Source: Pachysolen tannophilus NRRL Y-2460 (Eukaryota). From it: 64,000 bases of DNA. How positions within the stretch are numbered: position 1 is the stretch's first letter; each line of letters opens with the position of its first letter. Under the pieces are notes generated by a model that was given only the letters and a program-made list of their open reading frames with translations, was not told the origin of the DNA and did not search any database. Of the stretch, positions 57,564 to 64,000 are shown one piece after another. A program made the translations under genes and the position numbers. The stretch lies in the NCBI GenBank assembly GCA_001661245.1, contig KV454011.1, positions 124,001 to 188,000 of the forward strand. Reading direction: 5' to 3'.

Positions 57564-59762
57564 TTAAACGTATTTTTCTAAACTAAATATAGCTGAAAAG
57601 CTCCCTTTGAAATTGATCAGAATATTATTATTGTCAATCCAAGTTATTTGTGTTTTATAAACTTCCTCATTAGTTGAGCTGAGTAATCCATGTCCATCGA
57701 GATTACGGTGGTGATGACGGTGGATACGGTGATTATTATGCGCCCCATCAACGATATCGTTATGGTTTCTTTGTTCAATAGTCTCTGCATCGCTATTCAA
57801 GGCAAACTCATCGTCCTCAGTTAAGTATTCCTCATCATCATCACTATCAAGGATAGAGTTACTATTATTCAATTTCTTATGTTGAGATCTATATTCTCCT
57901 AATTGGTAAAGTTGATCAACCAAAACTATATTTGAATGATCCATCCACGTATTATTAATATTTCTATTTTTATTAGCATCAGTAGATCCTAATGAGCCAC
58001 TTGATACCTCCGCAGTGATGCTTGTCTTTGTAGCTAGCTCAATTCTAATATCATTTGGATGGGAGTACAAATTAAATGTTGTCAACAAATCTAACAGCCG
58101 ATAATTTCCAGATTGAAATTTATTCAACAACAATCGTACGCTATCACTAGAAGTATTCAAAACATACAAAACGTTGCTTATTAATATTGCAAACCTTTTA
58201 CCGTCATTAGATACTGTAAATAATGGAGAACGAGTTAAATGTTGAATATTGAATATTAAAGGAACAATTCTAAACTGTTCGGAAAGGTAGTCATCATCAT
58301 CTAAATCTCCATCGCAACTTATATCATCTGGAGCATTAATTAAATCTTCATCAGAATCTTCTGGCTGAAAATAATGATTATAACTGTCACTTTTAAAATC
58401 CTCTAAATACCTTCCTCTCAATTTTTCAATATTTGAAGGAAATTCGTTATCGATGAATAATACTAAATCTAAACTTCTATCACCACCAGAAAAAATTGGT
58501 TCAGATTTGTTTGGGAAACTGTGACTCTTCAATAACCCAATGTAACATTTTGGCGCATCTACTGGGACGATATTGGTTAAAGGTATAATATGTTCATAAC
58601 CTGCACTGATATAATTTTCGTAGTAATCCCAGATGGGTGCAACCACCGGATCTAATTTATATTTCTTGGTTATCGGATTATAACCTCGCAGCGAGGTACT
58701 ATTATTAAAATGCTCATTTTGCTGTTCTTTATTATCTGGATCATTTCTCATTGGTAATCCATATGCAATTGTTTCCTGGTATCCATTCAATAATATAATA
58801 TGATCATTAATTTGCGAGTTCATGTTCAAGTCTAATCTATAGTGAGGGAACTCTATTTCTTCATTAGTTATTAAATTCATCATCGATAGCCCACCTAATC
58901 TGAGAGATCTAACAAACAAAACATGACAATTATCATCAATTGATAAAAATTTAATAATTGAAGGAAATTGTTTGCTAAATATTGGAGTTAAGTCATTCAA
59001 GCTAATTGGCTCTTTTTGATCTACAGAGCTGGGCAAATTATATATTTGAACCAATCCTGAAAATGCTAAGGCTAAATATTTATTGTTTGATGATACAGCT
59101 GAAAAATTCAATTTCTTATTCGTATTCAAAAAATATTTAATTGGATTTGACTTAAACCTTAATGAGCTGTTTACTGTGTTAATCACTTCTGATTCACCAA
59201 GATGATAAAGGCATATTGTATATTGAGTCTTATTAAAAGCTGGGAACCTGTTCTGTCTTAAAAAATCAATACTATGGTCTGAATCATCGAAAGGAGAAAC
59301 TTTATTGAATTGACGGTAATAATACCTGAACACATCCGTCGGAGCGTTAATATCTCTAGATCCGGTCAAGTTAATATATTCAACATTTTGAGATAAGATA
59401 TCATAGGAAATTACTTGACAATTATTATGAACTTCAGAACAATAACTTATATTATTTGAGTTAGGCCAAAATAAATAATCTTTACCATACTCCACCAAAT
59501 GGAAACATGTAAATAAATTATTCAACACCAAGTTATTATTTCGTAACCTATAGCATTTTAAATAAACTTTAATCCCATTCAAATAGTTTTCATAATCTTG
59601 GATCAAATTGTTCTTTACAATTGAATTCCAATTAGAGCACACTCTCAGTATCGGTAATAATTCTACCGAGTCTTCATTATATACTATTGTAAATATTTTA
59701 ATCAATAACTCCTTTGGTAAACTAGACCAGCTATTCTTTATCTGATTCTTAGAAAAATCCAT
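57564..59762 (-). CDS. F-box protein, uncharacterised
   Basis: N-terminal F-box WSSLPKELLIKIF...LRVCSNWNSIV; beta-propeller-like segments (AVSSNNKYLAL, TVSNDGKRFAI). Confidence 0.75.
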   Translation of the reverse strand: MDFSKNQIKNSWSSLPKELLIKIFTIVYNEDSVELLPILRVCSNWNSIVKNNLIQDYENYLNGIKVYLKCYRLRNNNLVLNNLFTCFHLVEYGKDYLFWPNSNNISYCSEVHNNCQVISYDILSQNVEYINLTGSRDINAPTDVFRYYYRQFNKVSPFDDSDHSIDFLRQNRFPAFNKTQYTICLYHLGESEVINTVNSSLRFKSNPIKYFLNTNKKLNFSAVSSNNKYLALAFSGLVQIYNLPSSVDQKEPISLNDLTPIFSKQFPSIIKFLSIDDNCHVLFVRSLRLGGLSMMNLITNEEIEFPHYRLDLNMNSQINDHIILLNGYQETIAYGLPMRNDPDNKEQQNEHFNNSTSLRGYNPITKKYKLDPVVAPIWDYYENYISAGYEHIIPLTNIVPVDAPKCYIGLLKSHSFPNKSEPIFSGGDRSLDLVLFIDNEFPSNIEKLRGRYLEDFKSDSYNHYFQPEDSDEDLINAPDDISCDGDLDDDDYLSEQFRIVPLIFNIQHLTRSPLFTVSNDGKRFAILISNVLYVLNTSSDSVRLLLNKFQSGNYRLLDLLTTFNLYSHPNDIRIELATKTSITAEVSSGSLGSTDANKNRNINNTWMDHSNIVLVDQLYQLGEYRSQHKKLNNSNSILDSDDDEEYLTEDDEFALNSDAETIEQRNHNDIVDGAHNNHRIHRHHHRNLDGHGLLSSTNEEVYKTQITWIDNNNILINFKGSFSAIFSLEKYV

Positions 59763-59923
59763 AGCGGTATATATCTAGTCATTAGTCCGTAGCATTTAAT
59801 ACTGTAAAAAATTTCTTTAATTTTTAATCTCTTCCTTAATGATTTTTTGACAAAGAATTTTTTTTTTTCTTTTTACTTTTCTTTTTGAAACAACTTTTTA
59901 AAAAAAAGCTACAATTTATAATT

Positions 59924-60408
59924 ATGATGAACGATGGCAATATCTCAGGAGAATATTTTGAGCAAAAATGGACTTTGAATAATATCAAGAAAGATTCAAT
60001 TTGGTTCTATTTCAAATTACAAGTGTATGTATATTATTTTCTATTTTATTAGTTCCAAAAAAAAAAATTGATGAAACTAACATGGAAAAAATTTTACTGT
60101 TAAGTGTGGTAGATATGACAAATGACGATGGTTTGGATTTAGATTTACTCACTTGGAAGACTATATTGCTTAGAAGTTTCAAGAAATTTTATGGCTTGGT
60201 AGGTGAATCAATACAATTTGATTTATTGCAAAAGATCGACAACAAAACGGTAATTATAAGATGTTATAAAGAAGATAAAGATGTGGTGACAAACTCATTA
60301 GTCTCCTCCCAGACTACATTGGATAATAATGTTGAATGTTATATTAGGATCTTGAATAAATCACAATACTTGGTTGGTGTTACAGGTCCTAGTAGAGATT
60401 TTATATAG
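59924..60408 (+). CDS. POP8: RNase P/MRP subunit Pop8; exons 59924-60024 and 60105-60408 (134 aa)
   Basis: Spliced product ...WFYFKLQV|...LDLLTWKTILLRSFKKFYGLVGE...IIRC matches the Pop8 pattern. Intron GTATGT..AACTAAC..AAG, 80 nt. Confidence 0.85.
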
Positions 60409-60628
60409 CATTACATGGAAATTTAAAACGGGCAAGATCCAGATAGGAAAGTTAATGAATTGAAATTACTGCATTTTAATACTAGAATAATATATAATGA
60501 ATGACTCAGCATTAGAATAGAAGAACAGTAATAACATGTCACAGAACTGTAGCAATTGGTCTTTCCTAAGCTTCTATATATCCGTCACAGTTAAAAAGGA
60601 ATAGGTCTCAACACTTTCATCATATATA

Positions 60629-60725
60629 GGCACTATGGCCGAGCGGTTAAGGCGAAAGACTTGAATTTTCCTTTCAAGGTATCTTTTGGGATTTTCCCGC
60701 GCAGGTTCGAGTCCTGCTGGTGTCG
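60629..60725 (+). tRNA. tRNA-Ser(UGA) with a 15-nt intron (60666-60680)
   Basis: Acceptor stem GGCACTA/TGGTGTC with discriminator G; A box TGGCCGAGCGG; anticodon stem AAAGA/TCTTT with TGA at 60662-60664; long variable arm; T arm GCAGG-TTCGAGT-CCTGC; downstream T-run. Confidence 0.96.
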
Positions 60726-60982
60726 TTAATTTTTTTTATTTTATTATTTTTTTTACAGGTTTTTTATATTATAAGCTACAATAACTAACATATTAAATAA
60801 ATTATTACTATTATTATAAATAAATTTAATTTCAAATAAAATTTAATAAAACTGAAAAGCCCATACCCCGAAAAACTACTGAAAATAAATTAAATACTTT
60901 AAAAAAAAAAATAGAAAAAATAAAAAAAAAAGAAAATAAAAAAAAAATTACGATTAATTAAGTAAGATAAAATTCAGGGTGT

Positions 60983-63900
60983 TCAAGTATTAACACGATT
61001 CACACGATTGACATTATGATTGATTCCACCAAGGCCTGCAGTGACAGCAGCATTCACGCTTTCAATCATTCCTTCAACTCTGTCTCTTCCTAACATTAAG
61101 TTACCCAAGCCGTACCTCAGGAAATCAATATACTTATTGAAACTTTCTTCGACAATGTCATTGTTCAACAATAGTATAAGTGCAATCAATAATAATGGTA
61201 ACCAGAAAAAGAATAACATTTTATCCCTCATAAGTGGGGTAGTTCTTGTAGAGTTATTAACAAAGAATTTGAAAACTTTATCTTCATTTTCCTTTGATGT
61301 CTCTTGAAGTTGTTGCGATGACGAAGATGGTGCACTATCCTCATCTTCAACACTAGATATTTCTTCAACCTGTTTACTATTGTAGTTACCACTAAATGAT
61401 TTGAACAACGATTTCAATGAAGCACTTCCTCTTGGGAAAAGGTCTTCATAGTTTGGTAAATCAGCATCAGCATCAACCTCAGCATCATTATCTCTGGTTT
61501 TCTTTGTATTATCTCCTCTAGTGACAGGATTACCTTGGCCAATATTTTCATTCGCAACATTATTAAGCTCCATATCATTGACTTCTCCATCACTTTCAAA
61601 TTCATAATCAGACTCGAAATCATCTTCTTCAATGGAAGCACCACTTTCATCAGCAAAATCACTACTAAAATTACCTTCGTCGACTGTTCCTGTACTACAA
61701 GACAGTTCAATTCCACTTGCAGTGGTAACATTATCAGAATTCAAATCTGTTGGTCCAGATAAACTATCTGTAACCATTCTGGAGATGTGATGTCTAAGGC
61801 TATCATCTATATTGAACATTGAGCTTATTGAATTGACAGATTCATTGGAATATTTCCTGTGCAAGTTACTACGTCTTGCTTTAATACCTGCACGCTTCAG
61901 TACCGACGTAGAAAAGCTATCGTTGCTATCAATTTCTTCATCATAATCTTCTGAAGAACTTCCTAAATATTCATCGACCAAATCCAAGACATTTGAATCA
62001 CATATATCAATAATAGAAATATTATTAGTGATCTTGGTATTCATATTAGCACCACATTTAAGAAGTACTTCAATTACTTCTCTATTACCGCACAATAAGG
62101 CAAAATGTAGTGGAGTTAAATCATTGACATCTTTATAATCAATCCTTGAGCCTCTATTTATTAAAAACAATACTAATTTGAAATAATTCTTCATACAACT
62201 CAAATGTAACAAAGTTTGCCCCTCCATAGTAACAATTGCCCAATTAGGCGATGTTATTGGTGAATTAGGCATATCTAATAATGATAAAAATTTTAGTAAC
62301 ATCTCTTCAGGATTCAACGATGAATTACTGACTTCTTTTACCGTTTCGGTGGCATGAGATATCCACTCTTCATGATTTATGGAATCATTCATTTGATTTC
62401 CAGTATCACCATTAGAAATAGAACCCATTGATGAAGGACCGCTGTTACTACCACCTTCACTTTCACTATTTCCTATGATTCTCTTGGCAATATTCTTAGC
62501 ATCTTCTAATTTACCATTCATCTTCAATCCTACAATTTGTAAAGCTAACTCAATTAATTGTCTGTCAGTGTCATCATTATAGGTGAAGATTTGTTGTGGT
62601 GCTGAAACAGTGTTATTAGCCAATTCCTCATTAGTAATATTATCAAAGTTAACCAAAACTTGACCTGCTTGACTAGCAGGAGGTAAATAAGTAACAATTG
62701 TTGAATCTGACCAACAATGAGTAGCCAAAGCTCTATTTGAACCAAATTTAACTACCAAACCAGGACGGAAGTTTGATCCTAATAATGTAACTTCAACTCC
62801 ACCTCTTATTGGACCTTGAGCAGGAATTATTCTTTGAATTGAAGGTAATGATGAAACAGGTTGCTGTGGTACAATAGGCAACTGTTGCTTATGTGACAAG
62901 TTATTATTAGATCCTGAGGTTGATGTTATTGAAGTTACTGAAGTTTCTCTTTCTGAAGAGCCTATAACCAGTAATGAAGTATTAAATCCTCTAGGAGATC
63001 TTTGATGATCACTACTGCTGCTCATTGGTGAGATTGGATCACGTTTAATACATCTTTGCTGAGTGACACTTTCAAAATAATTATACGACGTTGGAGGAAT
63101 CGAATGAGATCCACTGATGTTCGTGTTAATATTATTACTGTTATTACTGCCAGGAACTGAATCTGTTGGCGAAGAAGGTCTCTTTCTCTTGCTTGGACGA
63201 TTAAATGATTCTGAGGATGAAGTTTGATGTTCTGAAGATGATTCTTCCAATGAAGCAGGTGATAATGGATGTTCTTTCTTAACTTTTTTAACGGCTGATA
63301 TTGTTGAAGAAGTAGATTGAGGAGAATTTGCCATAGAATATTCGGAATTTTCTCTTACATTGTTTGTAGAAGAAGTATTTGCCTTTTCAGCAGTTGATTT
63401 CTTCTTATCCATAATCATAATTGGTTTCGAAAAAGTCTTACCCAAAATCTTATCCTGATGGTCTTTCAAGACAAAAAACAATCTAAAACCTTTTGTTTCA
63501 TGATGATGTCTACAGTAACAGATAATTCTTGACATTATATCAATCTTCTTTTCGCTGACCATCATATGAGAACGGTTAATATCATTATTATTATTATTAT
63601 TATTTTCATTTTGAATTTGTTCTTCCATCATCAACGTGTTTGAATCATTTAAATAATTTTTGGAAAGTAAATCATCACAATATTCGTTAGTATCAATAAT
63701 ATTTTGAGATTGAAATGTACCAGTAGCACCAGTTGGAGGTGGGAATGATATTATTTCTTTACAATTGAATATCACTGCTCTCTTTGGAGCTACCAAGTTC
63801 CAATTAAATCCATCTTCTAAAGATCCATTTTTTCTTCTTGAAGCTCTTTTTAATTCTCTTCTGATACATCTATTACAAATATTACAATTCTTCATTGTTT

Positions 63901-64000
63901 CAATTAATCTCACTTGGCCTTCTTCCCTTGTAAGTGATTCAGAATCATTAGGTGATTGCAAATGTTGTTTCAGTTTTGAACGTTTATTTCCTCCAGTTTC
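60983..64000 (-). CDS. MGA2: ER membrane-bound transcription factor Mga2/Spt23 (IPT, ankyrin, C-terminal TM), 5'-truncated by the window edge
   Basis: CNRCIRRELKRASRRK, RIICYCRHH, IQRIIPAQGPIRGGVEVTLLG, RQLIELALQIVGLKMNGKLEDAKNIA, ankyrin repeats, DKMLFFFWLP. The frame is open to the window end. Confidence 0.93.
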   Translation of the reverse strand, partial: ETGGNKRSKLKQHLQSPNDSESLTREEGQVRLIETMKNCNICNRCIRRELKRASRRKNGSLEDGFNWNLVAPKRAVIFNCKEIISFPPPTGATGTFQSQNIIDTNEYCDDLLSKNYLNDSNTLMMEEQIQNENNNNNNNDINRSHMMVSEKKIDIMSRIICYCRHHHETKGFRLFFVLKDHQDKILGKTFSKPIMIMDKKKSTAEKANTSSTNNVRENSEYSMANSPQSTSSTISAVKKVKKEHPLSPASLEESSSEHQTSSSESFNRPSKRKRPSSPTDSVPGSNNSNNINTNISGSHSIPPTSYNYFESVTQQRCIKRDPISPMSSSSDHQRSPRGFNTSLLVIGSSERETSVTSITSTSGSNNNLSHKQQLPIVPQQPVSSLPSIQRIIPAQGPIRGGVEVTLLGSNFRPGLVVKFGSNRALATHCWSDSTIVTYLPPASQAGQVLVNFDNITNEELANNTVSAPQQIFTYNDDTDRQLIELALQIVGLKMNGKLEDAKNIAKRIIGNSESEGGSNSGPSSMGSISNGDTGNQMNDSINHEEWISHATETVKEVSNSSLNPEEMLLKFLSLLDMPNSPITSPNWAIVTMEGQTLLHLSCMKNYFKLVLFLINRGSRIDYKDVNDLTPLHFALLCGNREVIEVLLKCGANMNTKITNNISIIDICDSNVLDLVDEYLGSSSEDYDEEIDSNDSFSTSVLKRAGIKARRSNLHRKYSNESVNSISSMFNIDDSLRHHISRMVTDSLSGPTDLNSDNVTTASGIELSCSTGTVDEGNFSSDFADESGASIEEDDFESDYEFESDGEVNDMELNNVANENIGQGNPVTRGDNTKKTRDNDAEVDADADLPNYEDLFPRGSASLKSLFKSFSGNYNSKQVEEISSVEDEDSAPSSSSQQLQETSKENEDKVFKFFVNNSTRTTPLMRDKMLFFFWLPLLLIALILLLNNDIVEESFNKYIDFLRYGLGNLMLGRDRVEGMIESVNAAVTAGLGGINHNVNRVNRVNT

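Noticed and set aside
60629..60725. Possibility that this tRNA is the CUG-reassigning tRNA
   Set aside because: The anticodon is TGA with a serine-type body (long variable arm, G discriminator), so it is an ordinary tRNA-Ser.
4881..62745. Many short antisense or overlapping ORFs in the track (e.g. 7181-7615, 19043-19501, 42507-45874, 50444-50893)
   Set aside because: They are shadows of real genes or of low-complexity triplet repeats, with no recognisable domains.
1..64000. CUG=Ser code, transposons, LTRs, rRNA or CRISPR arrays
   Set aside because: Most diagnostic CTG sites align to Ala rather than Ser. No transposase, reverse transcriptase, LTR pair, rRNA or spacer array was recognised.

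Overview
AT-rich budding-yeast (Saccharomycotina) nuclear DNA with about 30 protein genes, four spliceosomal introns, one intron-containing tRNA-Ser(UGA) and two N-gaps. CTG codons fall repeatedly on conserved Ala positions (Mto1, Cgr1, Ham1, Nag1, Dal81). The genome therefore very probably uses the CUG=Ala code (Pachysolen/Nakazawaea/Peterozyma clade; P. tannophilus is my best guess), and the supplied ORF track mistranslates CTG as Leu. The main accessory system is a ~10.6-kb N-acetylglucosamine cluster: transporter NGT1, NAG1, DAC1, GH3-GNAT sensor NGS1 and an Ndt80-family regulator. It has no GlcNAc kinase in this window, and its regulator is split by a +1 frameshift at an A8 run. Other signals are a two-orientation array of eight GGGCT-core motifs between FDH1 and SRO7, a -1 frameshift in CMS1, PAC-like repeats overlapping the CMS1 start, a recurring RCACTAC promoter motif, a MoaD-type sulfur carrier and an unassigned 82-aa ORF. 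Gene calls rest on recalled motif similarity; no database search was run.
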